Assembly: GCA_026025075.1 (NCBI GenBank)
Contig: JAPEUI010000070.1
Location: 1-64,000, forward strand
Source of the DNA: Vezdaea acicularis
Taxonomy: Eukaryota
Length of the DNA stretch: 64,000 nucleotides
Direction: 5' to 3'
Made by a program: the position numbers and the translations under genes. This document shows, piece after piece, positions 38,092 to 51,500 of this stretch (positions are counted from its first letter, which is position 1; the number at the start of each line of letters is the position of its first letter). The notes below the pieces were generated by a model, which did not search any database, was not told the origin of the DNA, and saw only the letters and a program-made list of their open reading frames with translations.

Positions 38092-41000
38092 TCATGTCGG
38101 CGGCGCGAAATACGCCCTAAACCTCGCCTCATCCTGCAATCCACAATCCAAAACAACACCATAGCACTCCAGCAGCAGCTTCGGAAAGCGCTGGGTCCAA
38201 TAAGCAAGATAGCCCTCCGGCAGCGGCCCGACGCGCTTCTTGACGCCATCGGGCATGTCCTGATAATGATTTTTCTTATTGCGCAGGGCCCTGAGGAGAT
38301 CGAGCATTTTGCCGCCGCTGTACTTGCGCTGTTTGCCGAGTGTCTCGATGAAGGCGTGGTCGAGCTCTTTCATGAAGTCGCCGCGGGTGATGACGGCCGG
38401 GGCGATGTCTTCGAGGGCGAGGAGGGGGGGGGATGGTGGGTCACGCGGTTCCCATTCGAAGTGGTCGGAGACGTCGACGAGGAAGTTAAGGCGCTTTTCG
38501 GCGGCCCAGAAGAAGGGGTGGATCATTACGGATGTGGCGTCTGGGCTGGAGGAAGGTGTTAGCTTTTGGTTGTTATGTCATTAGAGAATAGAGGGGTAAG
38601 TACCGAGATCTTGGGTTATGATGAAGCATGTTTTTGATGAGGTGCTCAGCCTCGACGCCAGAGTCGCCTAGCCTCTTCAGTTCGCCCAGGTTGTAGTTGT
38701 CTCTGATGATGTTCGCTTCCCGCATAAACCTGTCGCCAAAGGGGTGATTGCCCGCTGATAGGATATAGAAGAACACGCAGCCGAGAGAGAATATGTCAAT
38801 TGCCCTGGTTGCTCGTCTGTTGGAGATGGTGTCTATAATTGCGGGCTCTGACGTTTCCATGCTGTGGCCACTCTCGTTAATGAGAGACGGGGGGTCTGGG
38901 TTTGTGTCGTCGTCGACAAGGAGCTCGGGTGCTCTCCAGCCTGAGGTACCTGCGGCATGAGCTGTCGTCGCACGAAAGGAGCTTTGGTCCCCGTCCAATT
39001 TCTTGCAGAGCCCAAAATCAGAGATCAATAGGCGAGGTGGTAGCTTTGCATGTGGGTTATTTCTTGGGGTCTTTGGTGCAGCGACGAGGATGTTTTGTGG
39101 CTTGAGATCGCGATGAACAATCTTAAGCGAATGAAGATATCGTACGCCAGCTGCAATCTGATACAGGACATTTGGTAGGTCGATCATGCTCGCTGCTGCG
39201 AGCTGTGTGTAAAGTGCAGGTTTCTCAACGACGTCCTGCAAGGACGCAGGGCAGAGCTCTAGTGCAATGTAGAGAAACCCAGCGCTTTGTTGCCGACAGA
39301 AGTATCTGATGACATTCGGGTGATCATCACTCTCCTGAAGTAGGCTAACCTCATGCGAAGCCACATCGTAGAATTCCAATAGCATTCGCTTTACCGCAAC
39401 TTCACGCCCCTCGAAGGAGCCGCGATATACGATGGTACCATGGCTACCGTACCCAAGGACGTTATCGGTGACGACAAGGTTGTTGATTTGAAAGGGGCCG
39501 GACACGTCTGTAACGTTATTCGTTGTTGCACCACTCACCTTCAGGACATCTGGCTCTAGAGCTTGCTCGTTGTCCATCTCTTTGACCTTGTTGACGATAA
39601 TCTCAACATTGTCCATATCCGCGTCTATGCTAGCGGTTTTCTTGCCCTTTTTCCTATTCACCCCGCCTCTCTGCCCACGATGTGTCTTCTTCTTTTTCGG
39701 CGGACTTGCGGGTAGCTCGACATCTTCAGGCTGAGGCTCTTCGAATTTGACGCCTTTGCCCTCAGCAGCTGTGGTAGAACCTTCCTCGTCATTCCTCGGC
39801 CCTGTTGGGGTCTTAGGTCTGTCGTCCTGGACGAGCTTCACTTTCACCTCACCATTGACAGTCTCCTCGAGAGATGTATTGGAAGGAGCACCTGGCATTT
39901 TTGGGGGCGACATCAATGCTTCTTTTACACCTGGGAGTCTCTCCACGTCAAGTTTCTTGGTCAGAAGCTTCCAAAGCTTGCTTCGGTTGATGGAAAGGTA
40001 CACGATGAGGGTGAAGAAGGAGAGCAGAAGGCCAATATCGGTGAAGTTCTTGGCAGCGTACTCAATGAGCCGACTGTTGCCCACGGCTGGACCTTGTAAA
40101 GCCGAACTGCTTATGCCATCGATTCCTTGTGGTGTATCGTTTGCGTTATCCTCAGGTCCAGAAATTGTAGGGAAATTGGGATTAACCGAGTCAAAGCGAG
40201 ATAGGGAGTGAACGCCCACGAAAGCATCCTTTTGCTGAGCCAAATTGATCTGTTCCCACACAGGAACCTTATGGAGCCACTCGTTCTTGTAGCATTGAGC
40301 TTGAGGAGCGTTCCCAGTCACCTCAGGGTAAGTCTTTTCTGACATGGCGTACCATCCGCCAGTCTCGGTACGATTGATGAATATGCGGCCATCTCTGCTA
40401 TCGTAGCTTCTAGGGATATCCTCGAAGTCGACCGGCCCAATCGGCTGAGGCAATATCACTAAAGGAATGGTTGAGCTGTCGCTTTCCGTGGGTCTAGCGA
40501 TGTCAAACACCCTCGCTACCGGAGAAGGAAGTTTCTGCGTGAAAAGGTTTCGTCGAACATCCATATAAGAATGATCAAACCCGAAGATGCTACCATCGTA
40601 TCGGCTGTAAATATATTTCTTGTCCATGGTACTCATATACTGGTTGTGGAGATCGCTGTCTCGATTGTTTGGACCCCATTCGGAATATTTCAGTGTACAG
40701 ATAGGTCCTTCCGCTCCTCTACTAGCAATAGTCACAGTGTACTCTGTACGTCCAAGGGCCAAAGTACCGTTTGATCCACATTCCTCTACCTCCAATCCTT
40801 CAAGGCCATTAACTTTTGGGCAGCTCTCGTCCGGTATGATGGTCGATCCGGCCGAACTAAACATACTGATAATTTTTCCACTCCGAGCGTCGACGGTGTA
40901 TAGAGTACTCTTCTTTTCTCCAACGTACATGACATTGGGTTCCCGCCCTTCGTATGCTCCCCCCTCGACGAGTTCCTTAACGGTCATTCCAAGCTTTTGC

Positions 41001-41647
41001 AAGCCTGCATTCTGACCAGGGCTGTATATATAGAGAGCACCGTCCTGACTTGGCTCTACAATCCACAGAAAGTCATCTTCCGGTGTGTAGTCCTCGTCAT
41101 ACGATCCATTCGGACGGTGATAAGTCGTTTCGATCATTGGACGATCCACCTCGAGAGCCCATCTTGGGGCACCCGTCTTCCGATCTCTTGCGTGGATGGT
41201 TCCATCGACCGTCGCCAGGAGAACAAAATCCTCAACTTCCCAATCCTGCAATGATCGCGCATGGAGCAGCGACGACAGACCGGTTGTCTTACCAGCCTTC
41301 AATCTTGCAGGAGGTGCTCGAACGGCACGGTCATCAATGACCGCCGGAGCTAAGGTTGCGATGGCGCTCGGATCGTGAGATATCGCTGATCTTAATAGGG
41401 GATCGTCCCTAAGCGTATCTTTGATCGCTTTATTGTAAGCAGTCCCTTTGATGCGTCCCAGTGGAACGCCAGAGACCTCCGAAGGAGAAACGACCTTAAG
41501 GGTAGAGGCTCCATCATGCCGACTGCCATCCCGATGGTGTTGTTGACCGTGCTGGCCACTCACCACCAAGGGAGCAAAAAGGAGGAGTGCTACGATGGTT
41601 TTTCGCAGTATTCCTTTCGTACCTCCACCATCCGGTCGGCGTTGCAT
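38092..41647 (-). CDS. IRE1: Ire1 ER-stress sensor kinase/RNase, 2 exons
   Basis: Signal peptide, lumenal LLATVDGTIHA, TM helix, kinase GYGSHGT/VAVKR/HRDLKPQN/SDFGLCKKL, KEN RNase DLLRALRNKKNHY. Confidence 0.96.
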
Positions 41648-42273
41648 GTCGGGAGAGAAAGTCGATGTAGGTGAGCCCCGTCGCAGGCCACCTTTGGAAC
41701 GAACGTAGAGCCAGCTTGACTAAGATATGTTATTCATTGATAGATTGTGAATAGTAGTGACGGTGCTAATAGATGGTTGAAAAAGTTAGACACGAGAGGA
41801 GGAGGCTGCGCAGCTTTTCCCTCCTTGCTGTTGCATCGGCCAGCGTGCGGGCACTGCAAAAGCGCCCTGGAAAGTCCCGCCCATCGCGCGTTCCGTTCGC
41901 TCGGCAGGGTAGCGAATCACTACACGAGCCTGAAACCCTTACGCGGCCATCTTGAGATGAAACGATGAACCTTGCATAATGTATCGACATGGGGTGCCAA
42001 CATCGGTAATAACTCGAACATTGGCAGCATTCTGTCGGAACTCCATTGAAATAAGGGTTTCCTAGATGGCGAGGGACATTGAACTATCATTGGATTAACT
42101 TTTGGATTTTTTCTAGGGAAATGGACATCGATCCACCCAGTCCACATTGACGAAACATAGTTTGAAGCCGTATGCTACATGTACAGGATCTATAGATGCA
42201 GGACGCCTTTTTTGAACCCTTACTCGCTGGAAGAAAATCCCAATGTATGGCTCCAAAGTAAATGCTCATCCAT

Positions 42274-44065
42274 CTAATGCCTTTCCCTCTTCCGTGGTGC
42301 GGCGCGGATAATGTTGTCAACCCGGAGAAGTAGCTATTTAAAAGAATCAATCAGAAGATATCTAAGTCTCAAAGTTTTGTTCAAACTTACCTCTGCGGCT
42401 TCAGAAGCTGATGATACCACCGCACGCTTCAGCTTGTAACTTTCGATTACACCAAGTTCTCTCATATCAGCAATTCCGCCCCCAGGAGTGAGTAGATCAA
42501 GACCCGAGCTTGTTAATCCTGAATAGATAGCTTTCCTCAACCGAGCGACGAGATCACTAGAATCAAAACCTGCGTTGTCAGCCAGTATGGTTGGCAGTTG
42601 TCGAAGAGCCTTTGCAAAGGACTCCACAGCTAAAGCTTTCTTCCCAGCTACATTCTGTGTCGCCTGCTCCACTGCCTTCGCCATAAGCATCTCCGCACAG
42701 CCTCCTCCAAGCGTTGTCTTTGGCTCCCGTACGGTCTGCGAAAGAACAGCCAGAGCGTCGTGAAGTGACCGCTCTGCCTCATCTAGTAATTGCTCGGTAG
42801 CACCCCTTAATACGATCGTGCATGCTTGACCAGCAGCGACTCCCGAAAACTTAATTAGCGTATCTTCTCCGATTATGACTTCTTCGATGACATCGCAATG
42901 CCCTAGCTTGACAGAGTCCGGGTGGTCGAATGTAGATGCGATCTCCCCACCAGTGACTAGCGCTAACCGTTCGATACCGTCAAAGTCTGCATGCTCGATA
43001 GACATGATTCCAGCATCTGAAAACAGTTGTTCGGGCCAGTTGTAGATAAGTTGGCGGTTAACAAAGCAATTGATGCCATGCGCCTTAATTCTTTCCACCT
43101 TTGCCTTCATCTTTTCCCGCTCTGCTTTCTCTAGTTCAGCTAGTTTACCGGTTGATTCAACTTTCACTCGAGCGCCAAAGATCTTGATCTTATCGGTATC
43201 CATGGCTAAAAGGTCAGAAGGTTGTAGAGGCGCTCAAGACAGTCAACCCTTACCTGTATTAGCGACCAGAATCTTCGCATTCTCGAGCCTCTTGGGCTGG
43301 TTTACTCCGATCCGCTTGTCGAGGATAAAACCTTCATCTAGATAGGAGTCACTCAACTTCCCTCCTGCCTTTTTGATTATCTGTATGTGACTCAGGTCTA
43401 CCGAGCCCTTCATTCTCAGTACAGCGTTCACTGCGAGCTCCGCAAAATGCATTCTATCCTGACTCAGTACCTTCGAACTTAGAGTCGTCCGCGCAATAGC
43501 TAGAAGATCTTGTCGAAAAGCTTTCGGATTTGTGCTGTGGTCTACAGCTGAGCTCTCCAAGGCCTTTAACGCCGCTGAACTTGCAATGCGATACCCCTCT
43601 ATTATTGTCTGGGGATGAATCTTCTGATCCACCAGCTTCTCGGCCTCACGTAGAAGCTCAGCAGCTAAAATGGTGACTGAGGTAGTCCCGTCCCCAACTT
43701 CATCGTCTTGAACTTTAGAGATATTTACAAGGACTTTTGCTGCGGCATTGTCGAGAGCTATTGATTTCAATATCGTAGCTCCGTCGTTGGTGACCATTAT
43801 CTCGCCAGTGGACCTAGAAAGGCGTTAACATCTTGAAGCAGTATACCTTGAATTGGTACTAACGCTGATTGCAGGATTTTATCCATTCCCTTAGGACCAA
43901 GAGTACTTTTAACTAGGTCCCCCACAGCAATGGCGCCAACAAATGCGGAAAGCCGCGCATTTTCGCCCTTCTCCTCTGTCACATCGTCGTTGAATATCTG
44001 GGTGGGGTTGAATGAAGCCTAAGAAAGCTTAGTAAAGGTCTCCACTTTGGCAGAATACTCACCAT
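42274..44065 (-). CDS. CCT2: T-complex protein 1 subunit beta (CCT-beta), 5 exons
   Basis: ATG-only first coding exon, [35 protein letters not shown], last exon [19 protein letters not shown]. Confidence 0.96.
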
Positions 44066-44751
44066 CTTGTTGCCTGTTGCTTAGAATAAGGCAAATCAAG
44101 TTGAATTTACTTTAGCTTCACATGGTTTTTGATACGCGAAAACCGCGTAGGCGACCGCTAAGCACACGGACGATTGGGTAAAGATGCCAAAATAAGAGCC
44201 AACTTTTCTATGTTAATCCAAGTCTATTGCTGTGTATAATGTGCATGTACAATTTTGAAATTTGTGCCTAAGTCTGTTTAATTCAAGTTCTAAATACTGA
44301 TTCTAAGTATAAGCATCTTCCCTGAAAGGCCATGCACTTGTGGGACTAGTACTTCGCCACCAGCGAATACCCTGACTGCTAGGTCATGTCTATTCATGTT
44401 TCGTAAGGGGTTTGAACGGATCTGGTTCTAAAAGCAGACCGATAGCCCTTCCAACTGATATCCAGACTCAAATACAGTTGGTCCAGGATAACCATCCCTC
44501 AGCAGTTTTGCTGCGCACAGACATAGCAGCCGTGCCACCCCATAGCTCAGCGGCTACTGCCTAAATAAGTTGCGCGGATATGTTCCTAAATCTCACCCAT
44601 CGTGTGCGCGGGAGTGTTGCATCCTGTGCTTAGAAAAGTGTCTCGAATACTGATTAATGGTCGACCTTGGTAAACCTCAATTGCTCCTAGACTTCTACAG
44701 TTTGTCTTCTTGTAGAGGTAGAAGATTTCTCTACGACGCCATGCCCCGTTT

Positions 44752-45083
44752 TCATGAGTCTTGCTTCCGAGAGAGTTCCTGTAGTTTGCTCTCTAACGAT
44801 GCAATCTCTGCTAGACAACAACATCAGCCATAGTCTTGCCCGAGTCTGGAGTTCCTATCATATACATTGCTTCTCTGCACGGATCTCATCCTTCTCGAGC
44901 TTCAGCCAGGACCAATATGTAGCTTGATATACGAAGATGGCGCCAAGGAACACCTTTGCAATCGGCCTGCCGAAGCTTTTGTAGAACCCAATCTGTCCCA
45001 CCCACTAATTAGACTTATGGCCCATTGCTTGTATAGTAACTTTTAAAACCTACATGCGGGGAGATAGGCTTCGCAGGTTGCAT
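44752..45083 (-). CDS. Small mitochondrial inner-membrane protein, Ina17-like (exons 45083-45054, 44992-44866, 44810-44752); not in ORF track
   Basis: Spliced: MQPAKPISPH|IGFYKSFGRPIAKVFLGAIFVYQATYWSWLKLEKDEIRAEKQ|SEIASLESKLQELSRKQDS*. One TM helix plus a coiled-coil-like tail, canonical GT-AG introns with branch sites. Family assignment is from recall. Confidence 0.75.
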
Positions 45084-45525
45084 TCTAGAAGCGATAAAAG
45101 GTGGTTGTGGCTCTAGAAGCAGGAATGGATGATGTGCGGGAAGCCTGACAAGGCATGTACGCCAGGTGGCCTATACGAGCAAAACCTTTGCACGAATGAA
45201 GGTCTGTAGGCCTACTGACGGGCTGAGTCTATCGGAAGAGCATCATGCCGCAGACCACGTATGAACTTATGCGTGATTGAGAACTGGCAAGATGAGGTCG
45301 ATCTGTCCGCTTCCGAGTCCGAGGTATTCGGGGGTTGCCGATATCAGAAAAGCCACCCTTCCGCTTCAAGTCCGAAATATTTCCTCACACTATTTCCGTA
45401 CATTAACCATAAGCTTTGCTCCAGCTCAAGTATTTGTTCTTCGATGAGGACTCAAAAACTCTCACACAGATCAAATTAAAACAGAATTGGCCGCCGCGCA
45501 CTTTGAATAGTGCTACATACTCAAC

Positions 45526-45836
45526 ATGGTGCGCTTCAGAATTCCGAGAGCCTGTCTTCCAATACTACCACTGACAATCCGTAGGCACAAACACCACAAC
45601 AACGAAAGGCCAACGAGAGATACGCAAAGATCGAAGCTTCGAAGAGGGGAAAGCCTGAGAGCGCCATAAAGCAGAAACAAAAATTTAAATCTCCCATATC
45701 TACCGGCTGGGTTGGTCAGTTTAGCCCCCCTTCTCAGGAGATTCCAAAAGTTCTAATCTGGGTCGCGCCAATAGTCGTGCTCGCGTTTGTCGTTTGCGGG
45801 GGCATAGTGTTCGAGCTGATCAGACTATTCTTTTGA
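45526..45836 (+). CDS. YSY6: RAMP4/SERP1 (Ysy6) ribosome-associated ER membrane protein, 3 exons; not in ORF track
   Basis: ATG|intron|AQTPQQRKANERYAKIEASKRGKPESAIKQKQKFKSPISTGWV|VVLAFVVCGGIVFELIRLFF*, the tail-anchored RAMP4 signature. Confidence 0.9.
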
Positions 45837-46029
45837 TTGAAAGCGCCCAGGTGCGGATTGCGGGACACACAAAGGCAGAATGGGAGTAAGACAATTGGGG
45901 CACAGTCCCACGACGATGTGTTATATATGCTAGCATTTTTACAGTCTCGGAGTCTTGCGAAGTGATAACCTTCTGTACGAGGCTGTAGAGATTATTGGAG
46001 ACACGAGTGACAGCTAGTTGAAGCGTGAT

Positions 46030-48076
46030 TTACATCAATCCTAGCCCTCTTTTCTTCCCTCCATTTTTCATATGTAGGCCTGCATCAAATTGCCTTTCCA
46101 GTTCCGCGTTGCGTCTTGATATCGCCACAGCCTCGTCGTGCCCCTTTGAAAGAGGCTGAGTAGAGGCTTTGGATCCAGCGCTCTTCCCAGCACCTAGTAG
46201 TCGCAGAAATTTATCCTTACGGCTCACATCCCCTTCCAGAGCATCCGCATGCCACTTACGTGTGTCGGCCTTGTTTGCGCCATCGTTTGTTGTGGGTTGA
46301 GCGTTGCCTGGCTGTGACTTTCGTGCTCTCTTCTTGGGTCTTATATCCTCGTGCGCGCGGTCTGCCGCAATTGGCAGCAGGCCTCGTTTCCTGTGGATGC
46401 TACTGGCGTCTGAAGCTGAGTCTGAAACTGAACCGGTTTGCGCCGGTTCACTGCTGCCCTCTTTCGAGCTCTTGGATTCATTTTCGTTGTTGGTGCATGG
46501 CATCTCCTTTCTTTGGGCACTGGCCATGGTCTCATTGCCGGAACCTTTAGTCAACTTCGCAAATGCTTCTAAGCCAGCCTTCATGGCCCTCTCCTTTGCC
46601 TGCGCCCTGAGGACTTTGGAGGATTTGTCAAACTCCGCCAAGCCGACTTTAGCTCTCCTACGTGTTTGCTTCTCCGTTTCTATTGTACCGTCCTTCAGAA
46701 TGCGTTTCCCTGCCATCTTCTGAACCTTCAAAGGTGTTTCAAGCTCTTCAGGGATCGGGATGTTAATTTTTTCGCAATATTCTCGTGCCCGCTTCCTGAC
46801 AACCGCCTCTTTCTCCTGCTCCGCATGCCTGAGAGCACGGAGAAGTTTCCTTTGAAGCTTGTGGTCATGATTGAGAGCTCCGAAGTCCTCTCCAGCCTCT
46901 GCGTTGTCCAAATCTACTCGGCTGTTTGACCGCCTCTCTCCATTTGTCAAAACTTCAAGCCGTGAATGCGTCTTCCCCTTTTCTAGAATGCTATACTTGC
47001 CCCCTTTACCCTTCATTTTCAGGACTTTAGGCTTGATCTCTTCAAGACCCTCGGTGTTCTCAAGCGTGAACCCTAGTTCTGCACATCGTTCCATTGCGCG
47101 CTTTCGTTCAACCTCATTGATCGCAACAGCTATCTTCCTAGCTTCTTCTTGCTCAAGACGCTCAATGTTTCGCTTGTGTTCTCTCTCCAGGGCTGCTTCA
47201 AATTAGAACATACAGAGAGATGGTGATCGTGCTTCATTTAGCCCACATTTAATTGCTTTCCTTTCTTCCTTGAACTGCCGGTAAACCTTTCTTTCCTCGT
47301 CTCTGGCTGCCCTTCGCTGTACCTTGGCAGCCTGCGATTGCGCTCGGAATGCCTTCTCCTCTGCCGCCTTCCTCTTCTTTTCTCTCAATATACGTTTCCC
47401 GATACCGTGATCCGATAGATCCCATAAGGCGAGCCAATTTTCCTCACCTTCTGGTATAGACACGCCGTCTGGCATGACGGGCTTGGGTGGAGCAGACGCT
47501 GGAATGAGGGGTTCGAGTTTCCTCGGTTGAGTCTTGCTATTTGATTGAGCACTCATTCCATACGACCGAGCCAGAATAGCAAATCTGGCCGGGTTCATGC
47601 CATGTGGAATAAGGGGCTGGCTCTCCGAAGGAGTCTTCTCTACAACCTGAGATTTGTCATTGGTCAACCGTTTTTCACCTTGAAGGGCTCCAGGCTCCTT
47701 TGCAGCCTTTCTTTCCTTCCGCTTTGCAAGCGCTTGTACGGTAATGACTTGGCCGTCCGGAAGCGTTGTGACTGCGCCAACGTTAAAGCTCTTTCCAGTA
47801 GGGTCATGTACCGCAGCCAAGCGTTCAGCTTGCTTGATTGCATTTTGCCGGATCGTACGTCTTTCCAATAGAACAACCTCCACACTATCTCGTTCTACAT
47901 TCTTGTTATGATTCGTAGGGTCCTCAGTCTATAGGCACAAAGATGATTAGCTCTTATGCGTTTTGCTGACTCGAAGGAATTAGTCGTAAGATCGGAGCAT
48001 TCACCTTTCGCTGCTTCTTCCCATCTGACTTCCTGAGACGCTTTTCTTTGGGTGACGGAACGTGATCCTCTCGCAT
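46030..48076 (-). CDS. Lys/Arg/Glu-rich protein with C-terminal small-acidic-protein (SMAP)-like domain, at least 3 exons; start uncertain
   Basis: C-terminal WHADALEGDVSRKDKFLRLLGAGK..ELERQFDAG. Two GT-AG introns join the three ORF segments. Confidence 0.7.
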
Positions 48077-48524
48077 GCGCTGCTTTTTTTTCCATTCCGC
48101 ATCTGTTCGTCTTTCAGTTCCAGTGGTCGTGGTGAAAAAGATGTTGCCCACCTTTCTGGCTTTGCATAGACTGCGCCGATAGGCTACCTTGCGTGAGGGC
48201 TCTCATAATGTAAGCGGGATATGTAGGGGATTTTGCAGGCTGCTCAATGGCTTTTCATTCTTATATTGTAGGTGGAGATTCGATTGCAAAGAGCCACAAT
48301 TTTCCCCAAAATTTACGTGCTGTCGCGAAATCTTGACAACTTTAACTATGCTTCGCTCGCTTAAAACTGCCCAAAGAACAGAGATCCCGACGATTTATAG
48401 TCCGACAACGTTTGCGAAGTCTCTAAGACGCCATTCATTAAGCTACCTCGTAGAGAGGCAAACAGCCATATTTACAATCTCTAGTCAAATAGCGCCAGCC
48501 ATGATATGCTGCAATAATTTATGC

Positions 48525-51500
48525 CTAGAACTCCGAGCTCTGTGTTGGACCGCTGGCTACGTCTCCTTCCAACGTAGGTACCGCAGCTTTCTTTACTTTC
48601 TTCACCTTCTTCTTCTTCGGCTTTACCACATCACGTTCTAGCTCGAGTTTTTTCTCTTGAGGATCTAGGGCTGTAGAACTAGGATTATTATCCTCTCCAG
48701 CAACTGCAGCGACTCTCTTCTTTTTCTTCTTCTTGACTAAGGTCCCTCCAGGAGGTAATCCCTTGGCTTCAATTCTCTCGGAAGCGCGCTGCATTTCTAG
48801 CCTTAGACGCTCAACTTCTTTTATTGCCTTTGCCATCTCCTCTTCATCTAGCATCTCGGGGACAGAAGACCCATCCCCGCCTTCCAGCGAGAATGCGCCT
48901 AGTCCACTTGAATCAATCTGTAGCAATGATTTCTTATCTTTTCTGGCCTTTGCTGCATCATTCAATGAAGACTTCAATCCTAGCGGCGCTTCTGGGGCTA
49001 CGATGTCCTCATCTCCCGCAATCTCAACTTTCTTGCGAGGTTTCTGTCGTATAGGCTTACCTTCTGGCTGAGTAATATTAAAGGAGCTCTCTGTCTCAGA
49101 ATTAAGTTTTAGCTCCATGATTGGGATAGACTCAATATCCAGCTCGTGTTGATTGCTGCTACCGATAATGTTGTGAAAGGGCGTACTCGCTCCCGAGTCG
49201 GATTTAGAATTGGCAATATAAAACGGGTCGTCCTTATGCCTCTCTTGTCGCTCTATCTTCCGTCGCGCAACATCGGCATTTTGGTAGCTTGAATCTTCGT
49301 GAGAATCATTGGCGGGCTCCTCATTGGAGTCAGGTGATGTCTGAATTGTAGGAGCTGTATCTGGGCGTGAAGTAGACTTGTGATAATAGAATCTCCTGAA
49401 GTCGTCGCTCTCAGGATCAAGTTCATCATCCGACTCGGCATTTTGCAGTAGATCCATGAGCTTTGAGCTTATAGGGAGATCTAGGTCAATGTCATTTGGG
49501 AGAGGGACTTTCGACTGCGCATCAGGAGCAACAGGGTTCAGCTCTAACCCATTGAAAAGAGATGGAATGGCTTGTGTGAGCAGAAGTGGCGCATTGTCGT
49601 TGAGGTCAGCGTCTGTACCTTGACCAGCCACAGCTTCGAACCCTAACCGCATGAGCTCCAAAAATTCTACGGAACATTCTTGAACTTCTAAGTCTGGATG
49701 AGTTGCCAAAGGCTCTAGAAAATTTATTATCCTAGCCATCAAAAGAGATGTCGTTGTTCTCCTTTCTGAAGTCCAGGGATTTGAATCTGATATAACAAGG
49801 AAGGCAAAGATCTTGTGTACAGCCTGCACATAAGTCGATAAAGTGCCATCAGGTAGCGTCATGGTTGGCGAATTGAGGAGAGATGAAAGTGTATTATGAG
49901 CCTGGGACAAGAGATTTGCATACTCTCCAGCTATCCATACAGATGGCTTGAGGACACCGCTCCCTCTACTACCAGAGGGGAAGATTTGCTCGCTCTTTCC
50001 ACCAAGTAGAAAGCTTTCTGCTGCCCTTGTCGCCTGGGGCCGTACGCTCTTTACACGGACGGCAACGTTCCGCAATTCGATACCTATCTTGACAGAAATA
50101 TCCGAATCCTCGTCTTCAGACGTATCGATACTTTTCGCTTGGAAAGCCCCCGATGTCACGACTGATAGGGAACGTTGGGCCAACTCTACTAGTATACGGA
50201 TGTACCAGTCAAAGTCAAGAACGCGGGAGTATCTATCCGCTGAGCACATCTGTAAAATGTGACGAATGACGCTCACCCTGTACTCATCTGGCAACGGTTC
50301 GACTTTTTCGGTGGTTTTGTTTGCAGTCCCTAATTTCTGACTTCGACCGTCTTCTTCTGAGCCTTCCTGCATCTCAGCTTCACTGGGCAGGCCTTCATGG
50401 TCAGAAGAAGCCTCAAGTTCTGCTCTTGCAAAAGAGCTGCGCAATTGTCGCACCAAGCGTTCGACGACAGATTGCAGGTTATCTATGGTGACCATATCCA
50501 CTACTAGCTCAATTGCTTGGAACCGAATCGAGATGTCGGGATCATCCACGCAGTCAAGGATTACATCTTGATGTATAAGACCAAGAGCTGGGTGTGAAGC
50601 AACGATCTTCTTAAAAGCCATGAGTGCGACATATTTTACTGAATCAGGCGTCAGCACCTAGTCCTCATTAAGAGACGGCAGCACGAACAGTTTGGATCAC
50701 CGTCGGGCACGATCATTCCTTGAAGTTTGTCAACACACAAAGCAGCAATCTCCTCCCCTTCACTTGTCCCCTCTGTACTTCCAAGGATGCCACCTTGAAT
50801 GAGGCCATCAATGCATTCATATAGCAGTGAAGTAGCAGCAGTGGTACGGATGATAGTAGTAAGGGGGGGGAGTAACTTCCGAACGAGGCGGGGCTCTTTA
50901 GGCGTCAAAGTGGCAAACTCGTGTCAATTAGCTGAGATTCAGCACTGTTCCGCGAGGCGCAAATACATACTAACTTGATGATCTTGATCGCCATCCAATT
51001 GTTTCCGCCATCTACTAGTAGTTCAAACAATCTTGGGGCTAAAGGAAGGAAATCCTGCGGCCTTCGCCACCCTAACTCACATACAACATTAACAATTGCT
51101 GCTGTGACGCTAGGATCTTCATTTTCGTCCATCAAGCGCTCTTTTATTTTTGGCCAAGCTGGCCGCAGTGTCTCTGGATAGACAAGGGCTAGCCTGTACA
51201 GTGTGACGATAGTCTTCTTGCGAATTGCAGCACGAGAGTGACTTAGACGAGGTAATAGATCTGGCATCAAAGAGAGGGCTAACTGGGGTGTGATGACATG
51301 CGGAAGGGCTACCAGCGGTAATTGTATTGTCATTGGTGAGGATGATGTCAGGTCCTGCCTGGATAATCAGCAACCCTAATGTGAGTGAAGTACTACTAGA
51401 ATCCGACCTTCTTCAGCAGGTTCGTGGCCAGCATCAAGACATCGGTATCTGGACGTAGGCTCTGGATAGCTCCTAGGTAGCCTACTCTCTTTTGGTGATC

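Noticed and set aside
38032..38562. 176-aa antisense ORF over the IRE1 RNase exon (likewise 56964-57698, 7918-8562 and other antisense ORFs)
   Set aside because: These are shadows of GC-rich or biased codon usage on the coding strand, with no independent motifs.
44100..44740. Additional gene or relic between CCT2 and the Ina17-like gene
   Set aside because: The frames I translated were short or interrupted and gave no recognisable peptide. It is consistent with promoter plus 3'UTR.
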